64,000 nucleotides of DNA, taken from Lingula anatina. Its lineage: Eukaryota; Animalia; Brachiopoda. The stretch covers positions 14,136,001 to 14,200,000 of the forward strand of contig CM120645.1 in assembly GCA_051362555.1 (NCBI GenBank), written 5' to 3'. Below, one piece after another: positions 37,900-50,160 of this stretch. Made by a program: the position numbers and the translations under genes. Within the stretch, counting starts at the first letter, position 1; each line of letters begins with the position of its first letter. Below the pieces are notes generated by a model. That model was not told the DNA's origin. It made no database searches and was given only the letters and a program-made list of their open reading frames with translations.

Positions 37900-38363
37900 T
37901 CGATGGAGTTATCAAAACACGGACAGTTAAACTACGGACTTCCAGCGGTAACACTTACCTACTTAGTACTCGAAAGGGTTACAACCGGAAATAAATTGTA
38001 GGTCAACATGAACTGGGTCACATGCCATCAAGACACGGTCAATCCCAAGCCGACTTTTTAGAATAATTGCCATCAATAATAAAATTACTTGATTATGCTT
38101 TAACAAACTATTAAAAAATGTACAAACTTCATTTTTTTCCACTTTACATCTCTTATTTTGTATTTGATAATTCAAATCTAACCGCGACGGATACCAAATT
38201 CTACAAAAGACGCATGCGCGACCGGAAAGACGCTTTAAATGTTAGTTTATGTTACTGTTGTTGTTCCCTTAGTTGTTTGCAGTCGATTAAATGACACCGG
38301 TGTAAGCGAAAGCCAAATGCACACATAGAATAACCTGCTGAGTGCTAAGAAAGGATCGCAACG
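37900..38363. promoter_or_regulatory. Putative bidirectional promoter shared by MET (-) and MDM1 (+)
   Basis: Divergent genes and local CpG enrichment. ETS-like CCGGAA at 37985 and 38222, NRF1-like CGCATGCGCG at 38211-38220, and ZNF143-associated-like ACTACGGACTTCCAGC at 37931. Confidence 0.65.
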
Positions 38364-41300
38364 ATGCCAGTTCGTTTTAAGGTTTGGATTTTAATATTTT
38401 TACTCAGGTTTAACGCGAATGCCGGCTGTGGCATTGCCTTCTAAATGTACTTGTTCAGTGCTAGCCTATGCAATGCTGGTGACGTTGACAGCTACATTGA
38501 CAACTGTCATTCCATGACTGCCCTAGATTTAGATTAAGCAACAAAAGCAATGTATGAGGGACACGTATCTTAGTGGAAAGTTATTGAATGTGTCTATTTT
38601 AATACAATAATACTTGTAGGAGTGCATGTATTATTATATTACTAGTAGCACTATTATTACATGCAGTAGTATTACCAGTCTGTGCTATGACGTTTTCTAC
38701 CATATATAATGAAAACTGATTACATTTTGATACGGGTAAGCATATCACACATTCCCATTTCTTAATGGAATATCAATATTTTGATTACCATTATATTTGT
38801 CACTTGTTTTTCTAGCAGCAACAAGATATGAAAGATGCAAAGCATATACAGGGCTATCACCTCCTAACTACCAGTATGTCTGTTGATCTCTAGGCCATAG
38901 GAACCTCCAGAGCTCCTTAAGTTCCTTGATTGTTGACTCTAACTGATCCATATGACATACTATTTTTGTTTCCAGACTGATTCTGAGTACAGGCGTAGTT
39001 TTAAATGGAATGATTCATACCATGGTGCAACACCAACAAAAGAACAACTTCAACCTGTAGCAGGCTTATCCTCTGCAGACTTGGGCCAGTACAGTAGGTC
39101 TTCATCTGAGTATTCTTATTATATGGCACTAACATATCTTCCATACTCATTACATGGCCAATTTCAGTTTGCAAAATAAACCATTGGTATTGTGAATATC
39201 ATAGGCAGTCCCAACAGTAGCATCTTCCCATCCTTTTTTTTTAAAAGAGGGAAGCACCAACCCCATCCTTCCTTAAAAAGCCTCCCCCCCCCCCCGCCCC
39301 CTGCGGTACTACTATTAATACCCCCTAGCTGAACTTTTGTTGAAAAATTGGATACAACTAATATTAATGGTTTACAGTGAACAACACTAATTTTATTAGG
39401 TCAGTACAGTATGGATGGATATTTTGGTCCAGTGTTAGTGCATGGTGTCATTTGAAGTGAGATAGGCGTGGGCTGTGCTTATTGCCTTTGCCATGACCCT
39501 GGTGATGCGTTGGTTGCTTTGCCGTCATTGTTTTGTGTAATATGTATGATTTTTTTCTTTTTTATAGCTCCAACCTTAGCTGCCCTGATAGCTTCTGTGT
39601 GTGTATATTTTTTCTCTTTTTTTTTTTTTTTTCCCAGGTACAAGTAGTGTTATTCTGAGGTGTTTTTTGGTTTTTCTCATTAGCTTATTTGTTATTCTGA
39701 GGTGTTTTTTGGTTTTTCTCATTAGCTTATTTGTTTGAATTATCTCTGTTATTATTTCCCTGACTCTATTTCCCTCTTTTCCTATAAGCCTTCATCAGAA
39801 TACCAAAGGAAGTTCACGTGGTTGAGTTCGCCAAAGAGTGCTTCCTTCTCACCCACAAAAGAACAGATGGCGCCTCCAGCAGGACAGCCCACCTCGCTTA
39901 GTAAGGCAAAGGGGGAAATGGCTTACTAGTACATTTGTGCTGCATATAGTATTTTTGTAGATTTTTTAGATGCATTATAGTTTTTGCTTTTTGTTTATGT
40001 TCTAGTATTTTTGTAATTGTATTGACTACTGTTTCAAGTATTGAGTTAAAGATTACAACCAAAAAATTATGCATCCAAGTCACATAACCATGTTCCATCT
40101 AAGGATCACAGATCACTGTTGACAAAATTCATATTCGCTTTAGAATGCTTACCTGGGTAATCTACACCATGAAAATGCTTTTATCACAAAAATTAAGTTA
40201 ACATCAATCTCCCTGATCAAGATTTTTAAAGGAAAGAAAACAATGCCATCTTATAAAATGATTTCTCTTTGCATAATATTAATATGCTGGGATTGTGCTT
40301 TGCTTTGTATTGTACACATTTTCACCAATATCCGTACATACATAGGTACCTTACATGCTGTTTTTCACCCAGGTGGGGGCATGTACGGCATACCCACAGA
40401 ACCACCGCTGCAGAGAAAGAAGAAGCCCATCCCTCTCACAACCACAGCCACCACTAAATACATCAATGGAGAGTATGAGTCGTCAGGGCAGCGGGTAGAA
40501 GACGAGTACACGCTGATAGGTGATCAGACCAAGTTTGGTCAAAGCATTAAGTACAGGAACTTGAAAAATGATCGACGAAAGGCCTTGGCAAAGACTTTCA
40601 ATGTAAGAGAATGTTGGGGAATGTATACTACTAGTATTGCTGTATTGGTTTTGTTTTAGTGATTATTTTAAATATACATATTTCTTGCTTTCAAATATTT
40701 CATGGTTTTTAAGGAAGTATGGGTCTAAGACATTAATAATGATGCTAATGATAATGTACTTTTTTACAAGGTGCCTACTGACTTTTCAAATCATTTGAAT
40801 CAACTTCAAATATTACCATAAAACATTTTTTTGGAAAAAATTCTTTTTTAAAACATTTTTCAGGAAAATTCATATTACATAATTGAAAAGGGAAAGGATC
40901 AGTTTAGTAGTAACATTCCTGCATATTTCTTAAACCGCACAAGTAAGTTATAGGTGATTAGTACTACGTGGGATAAACCAAGCAAACTTTCCCTACAATT
41001 AGGTTCATATAATAGTGTCATAGAATAGAATACGAGTCTGTGAATTAGCACATTCTATATCCTAGGTTGGAGGAAAAAGACAAGCTGCCAGACTTAAAAA
41101 TGGCACCAGTTCAGACGAGCCTGGGCCAGCCCCAGCACCCAAGGTCAATGTTGACACAGGGAAACCAAGGGTGCCACCTGCTCCAGCAATAAAATCTGCA
41201 CCACCACCGCCGCCACCCACGAAATCCAAACCCCCACCACCGCAAAGACCGCCCCCACCAAAAGTCCAGATTGATACTGGAAAGAAAGAGCCACTGAGGG

Positions 41301-44300
41301 AAAGGAGGGAAGGAATGATGAACGAATTTGTGCAGACTGATATGGAGAAAGGGGTTGCTGATTCTGGACAGGAGGTTCCTGTAAGTGATTATGGGGGAAA
41401 AAGGGGAGAAAAGCAGAGAATAAAAAGAAGTGCTGATATTTAGAAGTGATAGTACAAGAATGGATAAAATAATTCTTCATTTTTTATAAAACAACTATAT
41501 CTTTAAAAATAAATGTGGTTAATATTTATTGACTGTTAGTTCCTGTAATTTGGCTCAGTTTTATTTACATTTTAAGGAAATAAATTCCTACCAGCAATAC
41601 ATTAAAATTGTAAGAAATTTATGCAATAGCTCACTTGGTTTAAGCCAACAATGAAGAGTGACATGAGTGATTCTTAGTTTTATTTTAGAGATTTAAGGTC
41701 AATTTAATTATCATTATGGTCTGTTAGTTCTACAAAAAAAATCACAGATCTCTGAAACATTGTTTAAGCAATTTCTCTGTCCTGAAATTAATTATCCCTT
41801 TACCATTACTCCTGATTTCAGCCGGATTATGCCATGAAGTACAGAGCAGGGGTACCGCCACCCAGGCCGAAGAACCCAAAGAGGGTCTCTGAATACCAGA
41901 AAGAGTTCAGCTGGAAGAAACCTGTGGAGTCTGTGCCATTACTGCAAGCTGAACAGGTAGGAGGCCCAGTGGTACTCTCAGGAAATAGCTTAAGTTGGTG
42001 TTATTGTTAGGATTGATAATGTCATATGTATTTCTATAGATATTTGATAGAATCTGCCACTCTAAAAGTGTGGGGGAAACATTAAATGTTATTGTTATCA
42101 TAAATCTTTTTTTTTTTTCAAATGTAAAATTTTTTATCTAGAACGTTAGGTTTTTTAAATAATTATCATGGTAGTTTTGGTTTCAAAGAATAAAAACATC
42201 TTCAGTCTTAGTTCAAAATGTACAACCTTTGGTGAAAAACATTATACTTTTCTCATCATACAGTATATTTGGTTATTTAGGTTGTATACAACAGTAGTAT
42301 GGATCTTCCCCCTTACAAGAGTGATAACATTCCACGCACAACAGAATACAACAACCAGTTCAAACCCTGGACAGACTTTTACAAACCAGTGGAACCAAAG
42401 AAGAGTGAGAATGGACCGGAGGGAGGAAGAAAGAAACACAAGGTATAGTCTTACTACTAAAAATTGTGCTTTTCTTTTTTGTTGTTGATTGAGTAATTTG
42501 AAATTTGCTATTTGACATAGTATGCCATGAAATGGCAGACACAATGTGCCAGATTTTTAAGACTGGTGACTATACATATGATAAACAGTGTGTTTTAGAT
42601 TTTTAAATAAAATATTATGAATTTCTATTATTATCAATTTGTAATATTGAATGTTAAGTTTTATAGGAATAAATTTACATATGACACTAGCGAGTGGATA
42701 TACCAGCTGAAGCCTTAAATATTCAAGCACCCAGTTTATATAGACAAAATGCGGCTCTCCAGATGTTTTGCTTGCATATATATTACTATGTTCATAGTGA
42801 GTGTGGTGGAGAGCCCCTATATATAATGAATTTAAATCACTGTATGGTGATCCTATTTGGCATATTTTTAAAAAATTCTTTGTAACTGATTTGTTAGAAA
42901 CTAAAGAAAATGCATTGATAATGAAATTCTGATTTTTTATCATTGTAGATGAAGAGAAGTAAAAGTGAAGCAGGTATGGAACATTTTTCTTTATATATAA
43001 TTTACATTATATACTAGGTGAAGTATTTGATATTTATTTTCATATCAGACAAAAAAGACAATTAAGAGGTTTTTCAAATAGCTTAGTTTAGATTATTAGG
43101 TTTATATTCAACAAGTTGAAAATAGGTTATATTTGTATGCTAAATTTTCTATTCAAGTCACTCCTTCATCTCCAATTTCTCACAGCCTTTAACATATTTT
43201 CTGCAATTATATCTTGTTCCAGAACTCCGGTTAAGTCCTGACAAGCGTCCTCCTGCTGGGATTCACCAGGTCACCTCTCCTGATGACAAGAGACTGGTCA
43301 AAGAGTCACTCAACCCACAGAGGATATTTTTCCCACATGGAAAATACAGGTAAGATTTGATTATAATTATTATTATTATTAAGTTTATTGTTTGAAGGTC
43401 TTAAACTGACAGCAAGATCATTTTCCTTAGTGGAAAAGACAATGAAATTGTTTATTTACTTTAAATCACTTATTTCTTAATTCATTCAGTTTTGTTGTGT
43501 ACATTTGTGAAGGAATCTTTTTTTATTTTTTCAACTTCAGAAATGTTAACTAAACTATAACCTATGTACCAGAATTTAAGATTTAGTGATCTTACTTTTC
43601 TGTATTCATAATTTTAAAAACTATTGTTGAGACTACCATAGCAATTTCAGGCCTCCATGGAAATATACCTAAACATAATTTACCAGCATTTAAAATTTAT
43701 CGATATTACTTTTCTGTGTTCATAATTTCAGAAATTATCGTTCAGAGTACCACAGCAATTTCAGGCCCCCATGGAAATATACCTATGAGGATGGAGCCTG
43801 GAGAGGCGCTAACCCTCCTCATATCATGCCAGTAAAGGTAGGGGTGCAAATCTTGGAAGGGCTATATTTATGGATTATAATCACTAATATATAATGTTAA
43901 GTAAAGGTAAGGGTGCAAGTCTTGACAGGACCATATTTTTATTTAAATGATTGGATTATTATTATGTTATGATGGGTCAAAATCAGTTCTTTGCCTTTTA
44001 TTATTTTTATTATTATTTATGTATTAATTTATTTTTTGATGTGCCAGTAAAGAATATGTTGTGATTTTTAATAGTGTCAAAGGGGTTTAGACTTTGCCAT
44101 GACTCGAACCAGAATCTGACACACTCAAGACACATCATTATTATGGCAAAAAGACTAAAACCTTGAATGATGAGCAAAATATGCTTCTTGCAGGAAAACG
44201 AATCGGACGCAGAGGCCGGACAGCAACCTCCTCCCCCCTCCCCTGGCGCCAACTGGTTTGCTGAGGTCGTAGAACTGAGGAAGAAGGCGGAGGAGTACAG

Positions 44301-44557
44301 GAAGAGAGCGCAGGGAACACATTTCTCCAGGGAACACCTAGCACAATTGCTGGCCCAGCAGGCAGAGCTGTGGGATCAGGTCAGCGAGAGCAGCACCCTG
44401 TCTGCACTGTCTCTGGAACAGCCAGCTAAGAAGCACAGGTATGGTGGAAGGATTAAAGTTGTTAAGAAGTTGAGAGAGAAAACAGAAAAGAAAGGCAAGA
44501 GATTGGTGTGTGTGTGTTGGGGGGTGGGGGGGGGGTCGGGTTGTTGTGATAAATGCA

Positions 44558-44590
<33 letters not shown>

Positions 44591-47500
44591 AGAGCTAGTT
44601 GTGTGATACTTTTGAAAGGATCTTAGTTCTTTTTTCTTTTTTCATTTACTTGTTTATTTATTTCATTTTTTGATTGAAACTCAAAAATGTTCTTCAAAAG
44701 AATTATGTGCTATAATTATAGTCTTTAACAATGACCACTGCAGATGTGTGGAGGCACATTATAATTGACATTCATTTATTTTGCTCTGTCCGTAGGAGAA
44801 AAGAAAACAAAGAGAATGAGCAACCTCGAGAGTCCAAGAGAGCTGCTCCTCCTCCTCGACCTCCCCCACCTCAGGGATCTGAACCAGTCAGAAGAAAATT
44901 AGCGTGGGAGAAGAGTGAAGAAGATGAGAGAGCTTCAGGGTAAGAAGAGATCCCACATGCAAGCTAAGCTAGTTAGAAGATGTCTTCAGAGTAGTTATAT
45001 TTGTAGACCTAATAATTTAAAACAGTGGTCAGTTACAGAAAGTCATAACAAAAATATATTCAAGTGTTGGAAGAACACGACAAAGAACAGCAAATAGCTT
45101 TTATCCTTATTTTTATTAGGTGAAAAATAGAATTCATACTGCTATAATCTCAACATCTTCAAAAATATTTTCATTACATTCACTTTCTTTAGGTTCACTA
45201 AAATGTTCGAAGACTGACATGGCAAAATCTATTTAACATAGTCATCTATCTGAGTTTAGCAGTCTAAGCTTAGCACACAATGTAACTGATAATGTTTGGC
45301 TGTAATTTTTTCATTCAGAATTGGGTCAATAGCAAGTCCAGAGGGTACGCTAACGTCAGGCTCAATGTCTGACAATGAAGGTACCCTTGGGGCAGACGAT
45401 GATGATGATGAAGGTAGAATTCCTACTCCACGGCTCAGAGTGGAACAGGTTCAGAGGTAGGCTGAAATGATGAGGGTTATAACTATAATTATACCTATTT
45501 GCTGTGATTAATGCATATGTGGTTTACCAAACTGAAAAGTAATTGGAATAGTCAATATTTTAGTGTTTATGTCTGTTGCTGTCATTTATGAACAAATTTG
45601 CTGTGTAACAAGGCATTTTAATGGTATTTGAATCATATAAAACCAGTCTCTTAAGGCAGCCTATTCAAAGTCAAAAGAAAACCCTCTACATTTTGAATTT
45701 GGTGGATCAATATATAACCCAATGATCTTAATTTATTGATATATTTTATCACTTTTTGAATTCCTCTTCTCTTCTGCCAGACAATCTAATGTACAACGAC
45801 ATCACTTGGATCGCACAACACCCGCAGTGGGCGGGGCACTCCTGACCTCACCTCCTCCTAGAAAGAGAACTCCAAGAAAAACACCCCCACAAAGTCAAAA
45901 GTCACAGCCTCAATCTCAACCCAGCAGGGGTCGCCGTGTCAGCAGTAGCACCAGCAGCAGCAGTACAATGTCCAACCAACCTCCACGGAAGGAAGGAGTA
46001 AGTTGTTCGTGTGGCGCTAGTACTAGTCGTGTGTTACCACCTTCTTCCTCTTCCTCTTCCAAGCCGCATTCTGTTCCTATTATTTCTGCCGATGCTTCTC
46101 ACCCTCGACATACAGCTGCTTGCTCTCAGAGAAATGCCCCATTGCTGCCACCGCAGAGTGATGTGCACCACACTGCTGAAACCAGCAATAATGTAACTGG
46201 TGGTCATGATGCCTCAGTCCAGGTCAGGCACCATAGTTATGAAACCCAGTCTCTGACCAAGAACAAACCAAGACGTTGCAGCTGTGGCGTGAGCGATGAC
46301 GAGGGGATGGTCAGTGCAGTGGACGAGAACGGTCAAAGGGACCAGGAATGTCAATATGATGCCACTACTGACCAACAGCCAGGCCAAAAACACCCTAAAA
46401 CATCTTCTGAAAATATGACCGCTGACCAAATGACCTGTAGGAAGTCGAGTTCTAAGACCACCACAGAGAGTGCCTATTATTCCTATCCAACCAGTGGAAG
46501 CAGGACAACAACCCTAGTATCCAGTCAGGTGCCATTTCATCAGTCATCTCGGTCAGCTGATACAGATGATAAAGACAGAGGAAGGGTCTTGGGTGAAAAG
46601 AGAGCTCATGAACAACAGGGATCTTTACCCTCTTCACGGGCTCACTGGCAAAAAGATGCCCCAACAAGAAGGACAACTTCTGCACCCGTTTCTGCCACAG
46701 AAGAAAGTCAAGAGCATGGGTGCATTAATGTCCCCCATAGTCACAGCGTGCCAACTCTTGTCACTGCAACTGCTTCTGCATCACATTCAGCACGCGATTC
46801 AGTGTACAGCTTACTGCACAGCTACCCAACGTCCACAGAGCAAGCTACCAGTCAAGCTGTGGCGGGATCGTCCACTATCAGAACTGGATGGTCAAGCAGT
46901 CAGACCACTTCAGCCCCCACTGCTGCCTCCATGCCTTCTGTGTATACTAATCAGAGTGCTGTGTCTTTGCCTCATAAAAGTCTAAGTGTGCCACTGTCCA
47001 CCCTCCCTGCTTCCTCACAAGGCTCTTGTATCCAGGTAATAGAAACAGTTCTTCTTCTTCTTCTTTTCTGGATGTGTTTGTTGTGGTTGTTAAAACTGTT
47101 TTTTTAAGTAAAAGAAACTAATGGGGACTCTATAATTTGTAGAGTGGGGTGGGAGCAATGTAGGCACTTAATTAAGGTTAAACTTAAGTCACTTTTTAAT
47201 TTGGAGTGGAAGTTATTTTGTAATCTTGTGCATATTTTTATCACAATGTATATTTTTCTAAGCAAATTTACCTCCTTCCATTTTGGTAATAGGCCAGTAT
47301 ATCATGTATATGTGAAGTCCTTTCTTAGTATCAGGATATATATCTATATATATATATTTATATATAAGTTTTGTTCATCCAATCTAGCCGCCAGCTGTTA
47401 AGGGCTCCTCTCCCACCTTTGGTATGCCAACCCGCGACAGCCACATGCTTATTGACGACAGCGTCAGCTACGATAAAGGCATGGAGACCAAATATGTTCA

Positions 47501-49058
47501 CAGTCCACAACCAAGCAAAGGTAAGGGGGGAAAAAAGAATGCATATAACTTGATATAAGGATATGGAATATGACCTTTTGTATCCTACCAAGACTGGGTT
47601 GTTTGCAGTAGACCATTAATTATATACCTTTTTTATTTCTGCGTGAGAAACAGTTGGCACTGATTGGTCATGCATATTTTATCATTCCATAATTTTCTCA
47701 AGATAATCCATCTTTAGGATTGTTGTCACTTTTTTAATTATAAGTCCACTTGGAACACATTTTCAGCAGCAAGAAAAATGAAATGGACAAGAACGATTTT
47801 GTCTGATTCCAATTAAAGAGGCATTTCTGCTCCTTGTCATTAATTAAAAATTATATTTCAAATGTTTCATGCTCGTATTCCTTGAAATTTTGTTTCCCAG
47901 CCAGAAGAGATCGCCCCAACTCTGGATCTATGCATGGGCGTCCTATGACAGCCATGCCTCAGAAACGTCAGCCTCAGCAGCCGCCAAACTATCCGTCTCC
48001 TATCCCTGAACAGATGGGGAAGACATATGCCAAACCAACTCTAGAAGCACTGAGTGAGTGATGGGGGATTATTATTATTTTTTATTATTATAATTATTGT
48101 TGTTGTTGTATAATGTTGTTGCACTACTATATGTTGAATGATACATGTTTAGTTCTCAAATTTGTGATGATTTTTATAAAGAAGAAAAGGAGATTAGAAT
48201 ACATTCAAAATACATTTTCAAAATTGTATGTATTGACATTTTCATGCACTGGCTAGCAATATTTGAATATTTGGATAATGACCAAGAGTTGACAATGTTG
48301 TAGTATTGCATGCCAACTTGAAGCATTCTTCTGGGTTCTATGTTTTAGTTGTTTCCCTTTTTTCATAGGAATTATAAGTTGGACTATTTTTATTCATTTC
48401 CGACACACACACACACACATTTTTTATATTTATTATTTTGATAGTTTCTGTATAAATCCTAAAGTTACATAATTGTAAAGTGAGGTTGAACTCCCTTTAG
48501 TGCATATAAAACACTTCTATAAGGCTTAATAAGACTTAAATTTATTAGAAGTGCCAAGTAATAAATTAAATTAATCCATCATTCATAAAAAAAAGTGTTC
48601 AAATTGCAAACTTAACGGAAACTGACAAGGGACATATATACAGCACACACAGCAATTGCAGAAAATATCAGTTCTGATGTTTCTTTTTTTTTTTTAATAT
48701 GAAGCAATGCTTTTTGGTTTGTCTTTAAGGTCATTTCGTCAGGTATTGCGCAGAAATTTGACATGCCAGCTCACTTCAAATGCACCTTTAAATATGCAAG
48801 GAGAATATTTTAATATATTAACCTTTAAAAAAATTAGACATTGTAATTTATTAAATTTTTTATTTCCTAAAATTAGAAGCACAAGAAAGACTGGGTGAAT
48901 GGAAAAAACAAGATGATGATACTTTATCCACTTCAACAAGATCTCTGGCATCAAGCTGCTCTCTAGCATCTGAAGTACTAGAAAGGGCTCGGAGCAGACG
49001 TGATGAGTTTTGGGGAAAGCAACCTGGAGAAACTGGCAAGGAAAACCGAGCCCGCTAA
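38364..49058 (+). CDS. MDM1: Nuclear protein MDM1 (centriolar microtubule-binding protein); about 815 aa in the short form, 1161 aa with the extended exon
   Basis: Starts MPVRFK as human MDM1 does. Exons: 38364-38381, [38976-39093 or 39789-39900], 40373-40602, 41066-41380, 41822-41956, 42281-42442, 42949-42973, 43223-43349, 43732-43837, 44194-44438, 44796-44939, 45319-45456, 45781-(45997 or 47035), 47388-47520, 47901-48053, 48877-49058. Four (S/T)EY...F repeats, WFAEVVELRKKAEEYRKRAQGTHFSREHL, GRIPTPRL, HHLDRTTPAVGGALL, C-terminal ERARSRRDEFWGK. Confidence 0.93.
38976..39093 (+). CDS. MDM1: MDM1 alternative exon 2a (TDSEYRRSFKWNDS...PTKEQLQPVAGLSSADLGQY)
   Basis: TTTCCAG acceptor, A|GTAGGT donor, phase 0 to 1. 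Confidence 0.8.
39649..39732. repeat. Perfect 42-bp tandem duplication between MDM1 exons 2a and 2b
   Basis: GTTATTCTGAGGTGTTTTTTGGTTTTTCTCATTAGCTTATTT occurs twice. Confidence 0.93.
39789..39900 (+). CDS. MDM1: MDM1 alternative exon 2b (PSSEYQRKFTWLSS...PTKEQMAPPAGQPTSL)
   Basis: Long pyrimidine tract with TATAAG acceptor, A|GTAAGG donor, phase 0 to 1; paralogous to exon 2a. Confidence 0.75.
43567..43671 (+). repeat. Decayed tandem copy of the acceptor and 5' half of MDM1 exon 43732-43837 (pseudo-exon)
   Basis: 114-bp period with 43681-43785; acceptor ATTTCAG has become ATTTTAA in the upstream copy. Confidence 0.85.
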
Positions 49059-50088
49059 CTGTTTAATCCCTAAAATATGGGGAACTGAATTTAAGAGCAA
49101 ATACCTTTTTAAAAGTTTTTTAAATTAAATTATTAGGCACAGTGGTTTCTTGATTGTGAAATTACAATATGAAATACATGAAAACGAATGTATTATGATC
49201 AAAATCACTATAAGTTTGTTTTTCTAGACATCTTTTTAAATAGATTTATAAATTAGATAATCAATTGATGAAAATATCAAGGGTAGATTACCTATGTAAA
49301 AATTAAACCATTGCAAATGTCTATTGTTATACGCAGATTCTCTGGCATTTTAAAAAATATTAGTGAATGGACACATTTTTATTGACCTAGTTTTGGGGTA
49401 AGGTCATGGGTTGAAGCTCCATGGTTATTTGTAACCTTTTTAAACATCATCAAGAGTAATTTTTTCTCCACTTTTAACTTTATTGGTCTTGATGGTTTCC
49501 ATCTAAGGTGTCTGCTGTTGAATTTTTACTGCAGTATGATAGCATGATTTATTTACAATTAATCAGTTTTATTAAACATTTTTTCCTTCATTTTGAGCTC
49601 ATAGAAATTTAACCAATCTGCATGAAGTGCGTCTTTTACCGATGTAAAATTTGTAAATATTCTTATGATGCAGAATTAATACTTTGTCATATAGTTTCAG
49701 TCTTAGACTGTGATATTTTACAGATTGTTAGTTATTTTACTTTCAAATGTCAGTTATTTCATCATGACATTACACTTTAATAGATTACCACCTACAGGTT
49801 AAATAATTAAAGTGTTGCATGGGGTTTGTTATCTGCATGCTTCATTTTTTTAATTATTTTGTATGTGATTCTATTTATTTCAGACTGCTTTTGCTCCGTC
49901 TCGGTTTTCACCTTAGGTTTTGAACGTTATTTCAGATTTCTGATCTGTCCGTTTATGTTATCATATTACCAAATAAATGAACATGGGTGTAAAATAATTA
50001 TATACTTTGAAAAAAATGCTTTGTTAATGTTATGACATACTTCATAATTGTAATGTTCACATCCCTACAGGCAGCATTTTGTATGGTG

Positions 50089-50113
50089 AATAAAAATGAC
50101 TTTTTGAAATAAA
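50089..50113 (+). terminator. Candidate MDM1 polyadenylation signals (two AATAAA)
   Basis: AATAAA at 50089 and 50108 after about 1 kb of AT-rich 3' UTR-like sequence, followed by T-rich sequence. Confidence 0.5.
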
Positions 50114-50160
50114 GCAGCAAGTTTTCATTGGATTTTATTATTCTGTAACTGCTATATTAA

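Noticed and set aside
39084-39090. GC-type donor after ...DLG in MDM1 exon 2a
   Set aside because: A canonical in-phase GTAGGT donor lies about 10 nt downstream, so a weak GC donor is unnecessary.
42691-42796. Possible alternative to the MDM1 microexon (open frame RVDIPAEALNIQAPSLY..., phase 0 to 1, donor A|GTGAGT)
   Set aside because: The acceptor lacks a pyrimidine tract and the peptide has no MDM1 similarity; unsupported without RNA-seq, though worth a look in junction data.
45806-47107. 433-aa ORF as a standalone gene
   Set aside because: Begins at a TTG inside the conserved MDM1 HHLDRTTPAVGG motif; it is an MDM1 exon.
48707-48876. Extra MDM1 exon at the acceptor-like sites near 48729 and 48742
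   Set aside because: Both phase-1 readings hit stops with no donor; 48053 joins 48877 in frame.
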